DNA of 63,979 nucleotides, counting the filler, from Polymyxa betae A26-41 (taxonomy: Eukaryota; Protista; Endomyxa: Phytomyxea): NCBI GenBank assembly GCA_003693705.1. It is 5 parts of 5 records of this genome, joined end to end, with 100 filler letters (N's around TTAATTAATTAA, not from the genome) between each part and the next. Parts side by side here need not be neighbours in the genome. Positions count along the whole stretch, not along the records: positions 10,318 to 29,920 come from RBZT01000309.1; positions 30,021 to 38,332 come from RBZT01000244.1; 3 more parts are not named here. One strand, 5' to 3'. How positions within the stretch are numbered: the stretch's first letter is position 1; every line of letters begins with the position of its first letter. This document shows, in pieces, positions 23,599 to 36,879 of the stretch. Below the pieces are notes generated by a model, which made no database searches, was not told the origin of the DNA, and was given only the letters and a program-made list of their open reading frames with translations. Position numbers and translations under genes: made by a program.

Positions 23599-24957
23599 AT
23601 GCAAACAGCTGATTGGGTTCTGGAATTTCTCTACGAGGGCGCAGCTGAAGATGAGGCATATATGAGCATTCTCATTAATGATATGCCAATGATGATCGGC
23701 GAAGCTGGACGCGAAGGGTCACACCCCTGTGGGAAACCCAATAAACGTCGCGATTATTTGGGTCGTCATGAAAAAGTGCTTTTGCAGTATTTCGTAGAAA
23801 ATTCGATATACGACGAGGTGGATTTTCCTACAGAACGAACGAACGGCTATTTTCGCGAATCGCTAACGACGTTTGTCTCTATGATGAATATTTTCAGCAG
23901 AAGCCAAACGCAATCGGTCAGCTTGGAATTCCTGGTCTGCTAAAAGTTACTGCAGCACTCAGAGTTTTCGCATATGCAAATTCTGCAGATTCTCTGGACG
24001 AGAACCTCGAAATGGCTGTATCTACTATTTTGGAATCGCTGAAGCGATTTTGTGAAGCAGTGAACGCCCTCTATAGCGAGGCGTATCTTCGTGATCCAAC
24101 AGAGGATGATATAGAGCGTTTGCTAAAAACGAATGCTAAACGAAGCTTTATTGGAATGCTAGGCTCAATTGACTTCATGCATTGGCAGTGGAAAAAATGC
24201 CCTGTCGCATTAGCAGGACAGTACAAAGGAAAAGAAAAAAGCCAACAGTCGTACTTGGGGCATGGGCCGATAAAGAATTATGGATTTTGCATTGCAACTT
24301 TGGGTCGCCAGGCTCATTGAATGACATCAATATTCTCGATCAATCGCCAGTGTTTCAGAAAATTCTGCAAGGCGAAGGTCCAATGGTCAAATTCAAAATA
24401 AACGGTAGCGTCTTCCAATGCAAATGTTGAAAAAAACTCTCACCATTGATTATCCAAACATAGGAAATGAATATGACATGGCTTACCTTTTAGCAGATGG
24501 AATTTTCCCCCATTGGCCAGTTTTCATCAAATCAATGGAGAGACCACAAGGACTGAAGAATCAGCATTTCAGCAAATGTCAAGAGGAATGTCGGAAAGAT
24601 GAAGAGCGCGCCTTCGGTGTACTTCAAGCACGATGGCGAATCATCGATACTCCATGTCGAGTATGGTCCAGCGACTGCATGGCCACTGTGATGAAGGCTT
24701 GCATTATCTTGCATAAGATGGTAGTTGAAGATCAGAGATATGATGTGATTCAGGATGGGCATGCTCACCTGTTTCAACCCGAAAATCAGCCAGGAGGAGT
24801 TCCTGTATGGACAGTGTCACGTCCACCAGCAGAGCGACGTCCTGTGACTATTGATAGTGTAATTGCTGCTTCGAATCGGCGGCACGATACCCGTCGCTAC
24901 AATCGCCTTCGCGCCGATATCATTGAACACGTGTGGATGCTCCATGGTGATGTTTGA
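23599..24957 (+). pseudogene. Harbinger transposase (frameshifted)
   Basis: GMLGSIDFMHWQW, GSPGSLNDINILDQSP, YLLADGIFP, RKDEERAFGVLQARW, ACIILH. Confidence 0.9.
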
Positions 24958-24975
24958 CAATTCTCTTCAATGTAT

Positions 24976-25811
24976 TCAGTTGGGTTGGTCAGTAGCAACC
25001 ACTTCACCTTGATCTTCGTATCCTGATGTAGGCTGCACCGTTGAGATGCCCATTTCGGCCTTTAAGCGAGCTTGGGCCTTCATCTTTCGCAGCTCAAGGT
25101 ATTGGTGGGCGATATCGTCTGTAGGATCGGTTATCATGCTGAACAGATTGGGTTCAATCTTCTCCTGGGCGACCTTGACTCTCTCCTTTGAGCTTGTAGC
25201 TAGCGCTTCTGCAGCTTGGACTTGGCGATTTTGAAGCGATAGAGATATTTTTTGCATTTTCGCCTTTTTCATTCCAATTGGACGCTTGGCTTCTGTCTCT
25301 TCACCGCTGTGATTGCTCTGACTGTTGTCTGCTTCGGCAACCTGAGCAGGATCGCGAGCTGCAGCTTTCGTAGCAGATCGTGATCTTTTTGTTGTTGCTG
25401 TCGAGCGTTAGGAGTTGGAGGACCGCCAAGCACCCCATTTAACAGATTCACGCAGGATATACCAACATGAAATGTATTTAAAAACTGATTTATGCTGAGA
25501 AAGAAATAAATCTAAAGCATCTCGCTTTTGATCATCCTCGGTCGTCCAGCTCTGATTTAGAACTTTAATCTGTTCATAGTATCCGATGAACTTAGACACG
25601 TCATGGGATATTGTCTGAAAGCGCGAAGACAGACTAGAACAAACTCGTTCGCAAACACACAATCCCTCTCTTCTGAGATTGGCGTCACAAACCTCCTTTA
25701 CGTTTCAGTAGAACATCTCGGACGTTTGATTCGTCCCCACCGAGCTATCGGAACTGACAGAAATCCAAGCAACACAGAGAGCCTTATCTTCATCGGGCCT
25801 GTAGTTCACGC
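24976..25811 (-). pseudogene. Harbinger Myb/SANT-like accessory protein (degenerate)
   Basis: SLSSRFQTISHDVSKFIG...FKYISCWYILRESVKW; paralogous to 31156..31883. Confidence 0.8.
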
Positions 25812-28068
25812 ATTTCCTAGGTTTGCGAGCGATTATCAGAGCTTCAGCTGCGCTCATATCGACTGCTGAAAAAAGGCTATAGCGCGAAATACAAAAGATA
25901 TATTCCCAGCCAAAATATGGCCGGGGATTTAGCTGCGAGGTCAGCCCCTATTCTGAAAAAGCTCAATTTGTGGTCGCGGTGGAAGACGCTTTTCTATATT
26001 CGTACATAAATATAGCTTTAGCACGGCGTTTTATGGTTGCGGTGGAGATGCTCTTAGCAAGTGATTCGTATGTCGTTTGTACAGTAGGACATGCGAAATC
26101 GTCCCTCGAAGATACCTCAAAATACGCCTAAGGGTTACGTAATGTGCAGGGCCAGGATTTTAGAGGTATTGAGCGACTTCACCTACTGCATAAGCCAGAT
26201 CCGGCCATGTATGCAATGGCCAAATTTGATGCCCTACCGCGGCTCTGTAATCAAGGCGACGGCTTTCGTTCAGGACGGATTCACGGTCGGCGTCGTTCTG
26301 GGACACATGTCTGTAGAAAGTTTTGTTTCGGAGCAAGCCAGAGTGGGGACTGGCTTGCTTCCCATCATATCATTCTTCTCTAGAATGTAAGGAACATATT
26401 TTTCCTGTCCAAGGAATACAATGTCTGCATCAGCATCACAGGATATGCTGATTACAATACATGACCGCAGATAACCGAGGTCGGTCATTTGGAATCGCTG
26501 TAACAGCGCCCCCTTGAGCTCTTCAACTAATCAGGGTGACAGATAATGGGCAAGTCATCGACATAGATTCCGGTTTTCACAGTACGCCCAAGCTCGTTTT
26601 TATTATAGTATAGGCAGGTGGTGGTTCGACTGCTATAAAACCTAACCTGTTGACGAAGAAGCCGCAAAGCACTCTGTTCCACTCATACGGGGCCTGCTTG
26701 AGTCCATAAAAGGATCGCAGAAGTTTGACGAACTTGGTACGAGACAGCAAGCCTTGCGGCGAGTCCATGTAGATCTGCTCTGTGAGATCAGTGTTCGGGA
26801 AAGCGGTGAGAGCATCCAGGTGCTGAGTCACGAGTTCGCTGTCCTGAATAGACAGGGCATCATTAGGCGGATGATGTCGATTCGCATGACCGGTGCAAAT
26901 GTTTCAGTATATCGATGCCTTGCCTTTGGCGATATTCTTTAATAGCAAGTCGGGCCTGGTATCTGGTGGACGAGCCGTCATTAATGTGCTCAAGTACCCA
27001 ATAAAAATCCATTGGGATCTGGTCTGTTTTGATCGTTTTAAGCTTGAACAGCCATCTGCATCCAATCGCTTTGCGGTCTTCAGGTATTTTCTCAACTTCT
27101 TGCCAAGTTTGGTGTTTTAAAAGAGTGTTGGGTTCTTCAGCTACTGCCCGCATCCAGTAAGGATTGCTCTGCGCTTCTTCAAACGCTTGCGGCGCTAGCT
27201 CGATGGCATCTGTTGCAACCGCTGCGTTAATCCATCCATGATGCATCGGGTCTCCAAACCGCTGCGACGCTGTCGCTGCATCTGAGGGGGTTGCTCACCA
27301 TGTTCCCCGTTGCGACGGAGCAATCAGAGTATAGTCATCATCGGATCGGGAGTTGCCTGTTGCAGCCTCGAAATCTTCGTCTTGTTCGTTTTCTGGCTCG
27401 GATGGTTCAGAAAGAGCTTGGTCGGATGACAGTCCTCCAAAGCATAGAAGAAAGTGATCAAGGAATGGAAATTTTCCAGTTCAAGCTTCAAGATTTACTC
27501 CTTGGTATCAATCCACTAATGCCCCATGTTAGCTTTGACTAAAGCACTGAAGGCCGTTTGCATCAAGATCTTTTCAGAACGTTGATGAGTATCGCCTTCA
27601 TGTAAAATCATGTAATGCAGGTCCCGTGAAACCCTTCTCAAGATTGAATTTGGGCAAGCACACAATTTTCTCTTTCCCATAGCATCATTTTAGGCTCATT
27701 ATGTACTTACAGACAGTTGGCTGTAGCAACTGCTGGGGAATCTACAAGGTAGGTAGAAACATTTCAAGTTTCCACATTTGATAGTTGAGATTTTGATCGC
27801 ATCTGGCTACACTGCTGCCGCAGGAGAACATTGGTTTCAGATTTTACTGAAGTTTGCGGGTGTCTTTAGATTAATAGTATCGAATATGCTCTCATTCCAA
27901 ACCATTTTATAATATTATTCTGAAAATTGGTTGATAATTAGTTCAATAAAGTTGATTGTTCACATTGTAATGCCTGATATAGCTTACCAATTGGCCGTTT
28001 AGGCGAAGTACCCGTTACGAGACGAAGAATGTACAGAGGTATACTGTTCAGGTCTCGAGCGAAAACGA

Positions 28069-28353
28069 GTGTTACAAACCTGCAAACATCTAATGCAGAT
28101 TACAGTAGCCTCTGATGAATCATCGAGGTCAAAAATCTGGTTCGTTGCTGCGATATTCTTTGTTTCTTTCCATATCAAGAACGATATGCTACCGATGGAT
28201 TTGGCGCTTGTTCATTGGTACCCATCACCGCAGTCAGAGAGCGCTGGATATGTGTTGGACGAAGAGACGATCCTTCCTGTAGCAACGCCAATGACAATGG
28301 CTGAGTCAACACATGGTCAAGTTGGGTGTTTATGGATAATGTGGAGCCAGTAA
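28069..28353 (+). pseudogene. Possible transposase C-terminal fragment (CACTA/Plavaka-like)
   Basis: IWFVAAIFFVSF...DLALVHWY resembles the C-terminal beta-rich region of such transposases. Weak, by eye only. Confidence 0.25.
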
Positions 28354-29920
28354 ACATTATGGTCGGGAAGCATGCTGGAGTTAAAGGATATTTCATGATC
28401 CGAATGGGGCGAAAGGAACAGCTTGAATAAATCCAAAACAATTTACATTTCTAATACAATTATTGGAGAAAATCACCACTCAACAACGACTGAAAGAAGA
28501 CACCAGCAGATGTTCTCGCTGATACAAGGTTCACATAGATGAAGGCAACATTCCACCAGGCGCTCTCTCATCAGAATGTGCTTTATTATATTATCCCTGA
28601 TCCGTATATAGTGTATAATATACACTTTTACGGAGTTCGCAATTTTTGCCCCCAAATCGTTAAAGTGTATATTAAACACTTTAACAGCTGGAAAATGGTC
28701 AACTTTGATAAATTCTATAAAATCAACCATTAATCTAGAATCGATGAAATTTTGCAATCATATCAGGAATGACCCAAACCCTATCCCGCAAAAAAGTTTG
28801 CGCGAAATTCGTGTTCTGGACCTCGACATTGCTTGCTGGGTTTCCTTACTGTTTTAATGGCGTCCCTGGAAACGTTTCTCGATATACACGATGATACAGC
28901 GTCTAATATCTGGAAAGACGATACTGAGGATGATCCCATACAGTTGAGTCATGCTCAGCTGCTCAAATAGACCAATTTTCTGTCGTAACGAAGTCGCTGG
29001 ATGGAAGTTTTACGACGACGCTGTTGGTGATTTTCGAACAGTTCCAGCAATGCCGAGGTTACCTGTGTTTTCATTGTGAACTGTTTTTTACTTGGTAACC
29101 TCTTTAATGCCGTTCGAGACAGGTTACCATCAAGTAACGTTACCAACCCTAAACCCTAAACCCCCAAAAAGACCTGAGGCTATTTATGGAGCGATCGCTT
29201 GCGCCTCAAAGTGAGCGAACATGACGGCAGCGAAAGAGTCCAGAACAGGACTCCTCTGCACAATCGCAGTCTCGAACTCGATGTCGAAGAGCTCATTAAA
29301 CACTGTTCTCTAATTGTGTATATTATGCACTATAAGGCATTTCCCCAGTCGTTGCGTGGCCCCGCAAACCTTAAACCCTACCACGCGATTGCGAAGGCTC
29401 TCTTTGAGCTATCATAAAACTTTTTACATAGGCATGTAGAGCATTACAGGAGCGGCATCAATATAGAATTGATTGGGGCTCATGAGCTCCCTCAGAGGTT
29501 TCACAAATCGTTGAAAACGAAAGTGCATAATATGCACTCCACGGAGTGCGGATCCGGGTTAGTGAGATAGGTGTCAGCAAAAGGACCCGGCAAAGTACGA
29601 TTCAAAGTTTATTGCAGTTTGATCCCAACAAATTTGAATTAAGAAAAACACACCAAGTTAAGAGAAACAAAAAACAAAAATTAAACAATAATATTTAGAA
29701 TTGCGACGTTTCAAACCAAAACAATGAAAAGCAGAGCAAAAGCCTCAACGGAAAAACAATCACCATGAAAACTTATGTGCTTGAAAACAAAATATTGAGC
29801 CATAAACTAGCAACGATGCTCATTTTAAAGGTGTTGGTTTTCTCGCCCGGTGAGCGGCTACGATTCAGAACGATGTGAACCGAACACAATCAATAAGAGA
29901 ATGAGATGTATTAGAAGTGA

Positions 29921-30020
29921 NNNNNNNNNNNNNNNNNNNNNNNNNNNNNNNNNNNNNNNNNNNNTTAATTAATTAANNNNNNNNNNNNNNNNNNNNNNNN
30001 NNNNNNNNNNNNNNNNNNNN
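29921..30020. other. Assembly gap spacer
   Basis: N44-TTAATTAATTAA-N44. Confidence 0.97.
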
Positions 30021-31155
30021 AACACAAACTGATTAAACGAAAACGATTCAGGAATCAGAGAGAGAAATACGAAGAATTTGAAATTCCCAATAAGCTCTAA
30101 TACACACACGAAACATTCATGGCCAAATACCTGGCCTGCGCACACAAGAAAGGCTGCCTTATATAAGGACGATATTATACTGGGAAACCAGTAGGGGAGT
30201 ATTAGAGACTCTCACAGGTCCTGCTGATAGGGCCGAGTTGCCACCCATCAGACCCTAAAACCCTAAAAACCCGGTCACCAGGATTCGTAGTAGGATTCGA
30301 GTCCTACTATGATCATATAGGAGTATATAGCTCCAATATTGGTAGTTGCTGCACTGATAGCTGTCAAGGCAATGCCAAGATACTATTGGCCTATCGCTTT
30401 GGATATCGCGCCTTCTGTTGGCGAAATCAACGAACTAAGACAAAATCCAATCCAATTGTACCTATACAGGCAGTGTTGGATTCACAATTCGTGAAACCAA
30501 ATCTACATGTTCAACAGCATCGTCGGCCGCGTATCCAGAATTGTCGTAATGGACTTAACCAGACACATTCGTATAGCCATCAGAATCGACATACGCATTG
30601 ACAGCGAACTCGATTTGCGAAAATTTGACCAAACTTTGATGACGTGAACGATGACTGTTGGATTATGTCGATGTTGGGATTTGTCTATTGCTGCTTACAG
30701 TGTGCGATGTTGAATTTTGCCTAATTTTTTAGCCTGATGAAACATTACACATTTGTTCGGGGTCATAACATAGACGTAGTCCATAACAACATTGCAGGTC
30801 AAACTTGTGTATGAAATTGCTGATGTCTTTGCTTGGCGAGGGAGCGATTAGCACTATCAAACAGCAATCGCTACGGTAGATTCCCAAATTCAGATTGGCG
30901 GCAATTGCGAAAACAGAGAGATTTGACGGACAAATTTTACGGACATTTTGATAACACCGAGCGACATGCTAAGAGCATCTCCACCGCGGACCGAAAATGC
31001 CGCGGTAACTGTAATTTTCAGTAAAAAATACAGATTTTTGGTTCCCCCGCATGACGGAAAACGGTAAAATTTTTACAGCGATGTAAACTGCGAGGGTAGG
31101 ACTGCAAAACGAGTGGGTTTTCCGTTGCGACGGCAAATCATTCTTGCTAGCAGAA

Positions 31156-31883
31156 ATGTCTCAGAAACGTCAACGGGGATCGAACTTCTCATCTGCTGAA
31201 GAGTGCCAACTGGCACGATCATGGCTCAATGTGTCTCAGGACGCTTCGACAGGCGTTGGTCAAAAGGCGGCCACATTCTGGGAGCGGGTCGAGGCCCATT
31301 TCAATGAGCAAATGGGTGAAAACTCTTCTGTTCGCTCAGCCAGATCTCTTGCTACCAAATGGGGCACGATCCAACATGATGTCTCTAAATTCGTAGGTTC
31401 GTACGCTGCTATCAAGGATTTGAATCCAACTGGAGCCAGTGAAGAAGATATGATAAAAAAGGCATTGGAACTATATAAATCAACGAATTCTGATCAGAAG
31501 TCATCTGAATTTACTTTCATCCATGTCTGGTATATCCTTAGAGACTTTCCTAAGTGGCAGGACTTGAGGTCCAAGCAAGACCTGCCCTCAAAAGCGGTGA
31601 AGCGTCTGAAGCTGGACGAAAACGACGAAGTCGTGGAAGTGATCGACGAGCCTGGCACCGAAAAAAAAACAGGGTTCCAAAGCTGCAAAAGAGCAAAAGC
31701 AATTGGCGTTCGATAATTCGCGGGCTGCGAGAGGTTTGGCAGACGCTCAACAAACCAAAGCAAAGGCGATGCAGTTGCAAGCGCGAATGGACGAAGACGC
31801 CAAGCAGTTCTTCAAGCTTGCTCGTGCTGAAATCCTGCAATCGATGAAAAAGCAGCAAAATGACACTGACGAACAGAAATGAT
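31156..31883 (+). CDS. Harbinger Myb/SANT-like DNA-binding protein (one frameshift near an A-run)
   Basis: RGSNFSSAEECQLARSWLNVSQDASTGVGQKAATFWERV...RSARSLATKWGTIQHDVSKF...FTFIHVWYILRDFPKW. Confidence 0.88.
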
Positions 31884-31921
31884 CGAGCATATATTTCAAA
31901 AGGTTGCTAAACCCCACAATA

Positions 31922-33306
31922 TCATTCCTCACCTTTCCGTTGCCACATTTCTTCCACAATGTCGTCCCGTAGGCGAAAGTACGATGCTTCATTCGTTGCC
32001 GTTTTTGAAGCTTCTACCAGTTTCTCAAAGGTGAAAGGATGTCGCATTCTTTCCTGAACGTCAGCTCTAACAAACTCTTGCTTTGCGAAGAGGCACTCTA
32101 ATCCACGCTCGCGTTCGTCTTCGATAATCATATTGTGCAGAATAACGCAGGCGGTCCAGAAGGTAAGGATTGTCTGTCTATCCCAAAGACGACATGGGTT
32201 TTTCAACATTGCGAATCGTGCTTGTATCACCCCAAAAGCACGTTCGACATCCTTTCGAACAGCTTCTTGTTGCTTCGCGTAATACTGTCGCTTCAGACCT
32301 TGTGGGTGGGATATGGTCTTCAGGAAGATGGGCCAATTCGGATAGATTCCGTCGGCGAGCAGGTAGGCCATAGAATATTCGTTTCCATTGACAACAAACT
32401 GTACATGAGGGCTACTCCCTTCAGTAAGCGGTTCATCAATGGTGACCGGTCAACGATATTAATGTCGTTGTTGGATCCTGGACTGCCAATAAAGGCATGC
32501 CAAATCCATAAATCGCGGCTGGCGATAGCCTCCATTACAATTGATTTGTTCCCTTCCCTATCTAAGTACTGCCCATGTTCTGAAACAGGGCATTTGTCCC
32601 AGGTGAGATGCGTGCAATCCAATGAGCCAAACATTCCTGGAAATCCACGCTTTGCGTTTTGTTGCAGGTTCCGTTCAACATCGTCTACAGTGGGCTCACG
32701 AAGATATTCAGCTCCAAACTTCTCTACTATTGCGGCACAGAATCGCTGATGATCGAGATTCAAAATCAGTAGTTTCTGGATCCTATAAAAGTCTCACCTT
32801 GAACGACAGTAATGCTGTTGATTCTCCAATTCGAACGTATTCTTCGACACCATCAGCTGGTAAACTGTAGCAAAGCATCCGATGAGCAGCAACACATTTC
32901 TGAACAGTAGATAATCCTGGAAGTCCTAACGCGTCGACTTTTTGCTCGAAATAATCATCAACTTCCACAACTCCTCTCATTATCCTTTCAAATAGGGTGC
33001 GCCTTTATCAAAACAAAATAAATATTGCCCAGAGGCCAGCAAACAGTAAGCGAACCTCATTCTGAACCGACGACGGAACATGGTATTAGTGAAAACAGGT
33101 CGAGGGATGAAATAGTCCTTCATGATCCGCTCGTGACCGGAAACTCTGTCTCTATCCAAGTTCACGGCACGTCCAAGGACAGAACCTCCTCGTGTCGTTG
33201 GTTGAGGCTCAACCAGATCGGCAAAGAATTGTTCAATATCGTCATCCGAATCGGATTCAGCCCAAGATTCGATATCAAGGAGCAGTCGCTGTCACCAAGC
33301 ATCCAT
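31922..33306 (-). pseudogene. Harbinger transposase, two introns, nearly intact
   Basis: FRRRFRMR, GLSTVQKC, GFPGMFGSLDCTH, GSPGSNNDINI, YLLADGIYP, RKDVERAFGVIQARF, CVILHNMIIEDER. Defects: TGA at codon 5 and one frameshift at a C-run near 32410. Confidence 0.92.
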
Positions 33307-33587
33307 TATAGAAGAATCGAGAGCTAGCACAGGCGCAGACAGCAATATAGCGGTTGTGTATAGTGTATACCGTCGTGGTGCGGTGCAGAAATTTTAGAGA
33401 TGGCGCTAAAAGTTTTAGCGCCATCCCAATGCTGTACGCAAAACATCCAATATACAGTAGAGTTTACAGTTCTGCAGTGGAGATGCTCTAACACGGTAAC
33501 ACCATGATGCGAAGGCGTGGCCCGCTTGCGTGTGATAGAAAGTGGTTATGCCGGTTATTGGCTGCGAAGTATTTCCCGTATAGAGAG

Positions 33588-34684
33588 ATGTTCGACCAAC
33601 TCCCCGATCCCATCCATCTGCAAATCTTCAGCTATCTGGGCCCGTACTGGACCCGGATTGGACAGCTGGTTGATTCCAGGTTCTGCAACTTAATTCAAAG
33701 CTCTGAATATACGAAAGTTTGTCTTGGCGAAAATCCGGATGTGGCGTCTATTCAGCATTCGGCTGTGCTGGTAGATGCGAATAAAGGCGATATCGTTCGG
33801 ACTTGGATAGCCGATCTACGAGAGCCGCAATATCTGTACTTAAATCTAACTATGAGCCGGTATATCATTGGAGTATCTAGCCCCAAGCGAACCTGTTATC
33901 ATCGCTATCATTGTTTTGACACACGATCTGATCGTCACGGCAATAGTGCAGAATCCGTTATCCCCGACTATGTTAATGGACCTTTAAACTTAGCTCCAGG
34001 CGACATCTCTATGATAACATGCCAGAATCACGCTGGACGATCATCGTTTGTCGTTTTCGATCACCACAGAATCGAAAAGATGAGATTCTGGTCCGTGACA
34101 AATCGCACTCCTTTTCATGGCTATCTCTTAGATCGGAAACAGACAGCAGGCCGTATCTACTGTCACAAAGTCACTGAAAAAGGTGCTCGAAAGCGCCCTC
34201 AGGCGAACAATCCGGAACCGGCCGGGCCAGTACGCCGACCGGCCCGTGGACGCTTGAGACCTGCTATCGTTGTCAACGAAGGGAGCATTGGGCAGGAGAA
34301 TGTCCCAGACGATCTGCCTCCGGATCGGTCTCGGATGATGACGATGGCTGCTATCGATGCGGTCTTTCAGGGCACTGGATCGACGATTGCGGTGCGAGTT
34401 TTCACGTTGACGGGCGTCGCCTTGGTTGAAAGATTATTGTTAAAAAGAGTTGTTTTGTTCAACAAATCTATGCGGTGACGAAATAGGCAGTGACTTTCTC
34501 ATCAAAGTTTTGTCAGCAGAATCTGACCACGAAGATGTTTGTGGTCATCATGCAGAACGCGATAGACAATGACGATTGTACTGGCCGACATTGTCATAGT
34601 TCCGATTTCGAATCTGTTTACATGATGGTTTGGTCGCGTGCTGAAGATTTTGCGCAATCCACCATTATAGATTTAAGTGAATAA
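33588..34684 (+). CDS. F-box protein
   Basis: N-terminal MFDQLPDPIHLQIFSYL...LVDSRFCNLI is an F-box motif in a long ORF. A last intron near 34475-34517 is inferred. Confidence 0.72.
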
Positions 34685-36169
34685 ATATTTTACTACATCA
34701 AGATGCAAGATTGAAGAAGCTGCATCTGCACGGACAGCCACCCTTGTTCACCATAGTCCTGCTCTGTGACTGTTTAAAATGAGTCTTAGATGAGAGAGGA
34801 TAGATTCGTCGCCGCATCGTCATCAACATTCTGCATCCACAGACAACCAGTTACAAATCCCTTTAATGCAATCTGTAGTAACATAAACAAATCGCTTAAT
34901 TGCAGATTGTATTCAAGGAAGTTGGTCACTGAATGTAGAGGCGAACTCATTAACAATCAGAGAAAAGAACCAAAACGAACCAAAATTTTCATGACTGGGC
35001 CATGTCAGAGAAATTTTACCGTAGTCAGGTTTTCCAGAGTGCGACGCAGTCACAAAGGCCGCAACCTCAAGTTTCTGTGTAAAGGCCTACAGAAGTTATC
35101 TAAAATTGACCCATTTTCATAGAAATGATCTACAAAATGATATTCGCAATGCATCTGCAGAAACACTTTTGAAAAAATCCCACAAAACGATGCTCAACAT
35201 GAGATTCAAAAAGCAAGATATCGTCTACGATTATTTCCCTCCACCGTCTTTCCATAACGGCACAGCCCAAGCACAATCAAAGGCTGTATGGAAGGCGAAT
35301 CAATGAAGATAAACTCGAACAAATACATCAATTTATGACCGACATCTCAAGCTTGAAAAGCTTTATTCAATCCGAACGGATGGTTGATTTCGTCCAAATT
35401 ATTTCTTATGATCGAAGATCTTCGCCTTTTTAATCTATCTGTTCGCCTGTAATTCCACAATCGAGCCGAAATCATACAACTTCACGGCATCGCCTTCCTC
35501 TAATTATATCTCATTACAATAAAATAATAAACTCCAAACACCATGCTGTTTTTGAGCACTGGAATTCGCATCATTTTCCTCAATCCTCAAGTTCAATGCC
35601 TTGATAAATTACACGAAGAATGCCATTTGAGCAAATCAATTGATTGTATTCAATCTCATTTGCGATTCCGTTGACGTCTGCTACGTCGAGACGATTTCGA
35701 ACTCCGTCCTCCTCTCATCTTGTATTGACTGGATATCTTGGACTTTTTTGATCTGTTCAAAGATGGACATGTCGTGATGCAAGACTCTATACAATACGAT
35801 GGGTATCAGAAAACGGAAAATAATGCGAACAGAAGAAGCCTGTAAATACCTGATTGTTGTGATGGATTGTCATTGGTAGATATCTGATGAATATTGATAG
35901 GAGTATTAATATGAGATGATGATCTGTATGATGATGTTGTATCATACTGACAAAGTTCCTCATTAAATTGATAATCCACAGTCATACTCCAATCAAGATC
36001 TGTATAGAGATCTAATTGAAATGGATTATTTGTATCATGACACCAGCATGCAGCTCCATTTCGCTTTCGGCATTCTCTGCAAAATTCGCTTTTAGTGATA
36101 CAATGTAACAGTATGCAAATATAAAGTTGAATAAAAAGACAAAGATGAACTATGAAAATGTGGAAATTG

Positions 36170-36655
36170 TTACTTTGCATTGTGTGATGCGAAATTGTTC
36201 GAATCTGTGATATTGTTCTTATGGATTTGAAGGGTATTGATTAGGTCTGTATGAGAATTTGGTGTAATATGACAGAGAGATGTCTGACCACGATCTGGTT
36301 GAATATCGTTCAGAGAACGGAATCGTCTCTGTATATCAGGAGTCCTGAGGTCGGAGCTTCTGGACGGAGCTCTGTACGATGATGGCGGACGCCGAAATGA
36401 TGATGTTACATACCTAGAAGGCGGGCGGCGAAAGCCTGAAGACGGAGTCCGAAACGCTGAAGGTGAGCTCCGAATGTTTGTATTGGAAGGTCGAGGTTGG
36501 AGGACGCCCTTGATCGGATGTATCTCCCGATCATGTTCAGATCCGGATTGTGAGCGCCATGATAGAGATTCAGATCTCGAATGAGCTGAGGATCGGGCAG
36601 CAGTTGGCGATGTTCGCCACAACATCGCTTCATGAACAGGTTGACGATACATCAA
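36170..36655 (-). CDS. Ser/Arg/Pro-rich low-complexity ORF, function unknown
   Basis: 161-aa ORF with repeated S[AGS]FR[RT]P[PS]S units. Gene model uncertain. Confidence 0.3.
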   Translation of the reverse strand: MMYRQPVHEAMLWRTSPTAARSSAHSRSESLSWRSQSGSEHDREIHPIKGVLQPRPSNTNIRSSPSAFRTPSSGFRRPPSRYVTSSFRRPPSSYRAPSRSSDLRTPDIQRRFRSLNDIQPDRGQTSLCHITPNSHTDLINTLQIHKNNITDSNNFASHNAK

Positions 36656-36879
36656 AGGAGATTAACAATGACGGCAATCATGACTGTAATATTCAGTAAA
36701 CTTGTTGAAGATATTTTACCGTCTATCAGCACAATCTATCAACAATTATTAAGCCCCTATAAATTGTCAGCTTACTGAAAAGGATAGGAGAACCTGTATA
36801 GAAAAGGCTGTTTAAAAGAGCCAAATAACAAGGAATGCTTATTGAAAACGAGCAGAAAATCCAACTGTGCAATGGATGA

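Larger units (their letters stand above)
23424..26053. mobile_element. PIF/Harbinger DNA transposon 1 (TIRs, TTA TSD)
   Basis: TIRs GAGCATCTCCACCGC / GCGGTGGAGATGCTC, with TTA on both sides. Convergent transposase and Myb/SANT genes. Confidence 0.93.
22840..27560 (-). mobile_element. Degenerate Ty1/copia pol (RT-RNase H) split by a Harbinger insertion
   Basis: PQAFEEA...WMRAVAEE...KAIGCRWLFKLK; HLDALTAF...IYMDSPQG...LRSFYGLKQAPYEWN; MTDLG; SDWASDSDTRRSTS...ALSSCEAE...KMKHIALREHFIR...NLADLFT. Confidence 0.9.
30973..33488. mobile_element. PIF/Harbinger DNA transposon 2 (TIRs, TAA TSD)
   Basis: GAGCATCTCCACCGC ... GCAGTGGAGATGCTC, with TAA at 30970-72 and 33489-91. Confidence 0.95.

Noticed and set aside
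29570-30260. Possible LTR pieces flanking the second gap
   Set aside because: TG start and TATA-like motif are suggestive, but there is no partner LTR, PBS or coding region to support a call.
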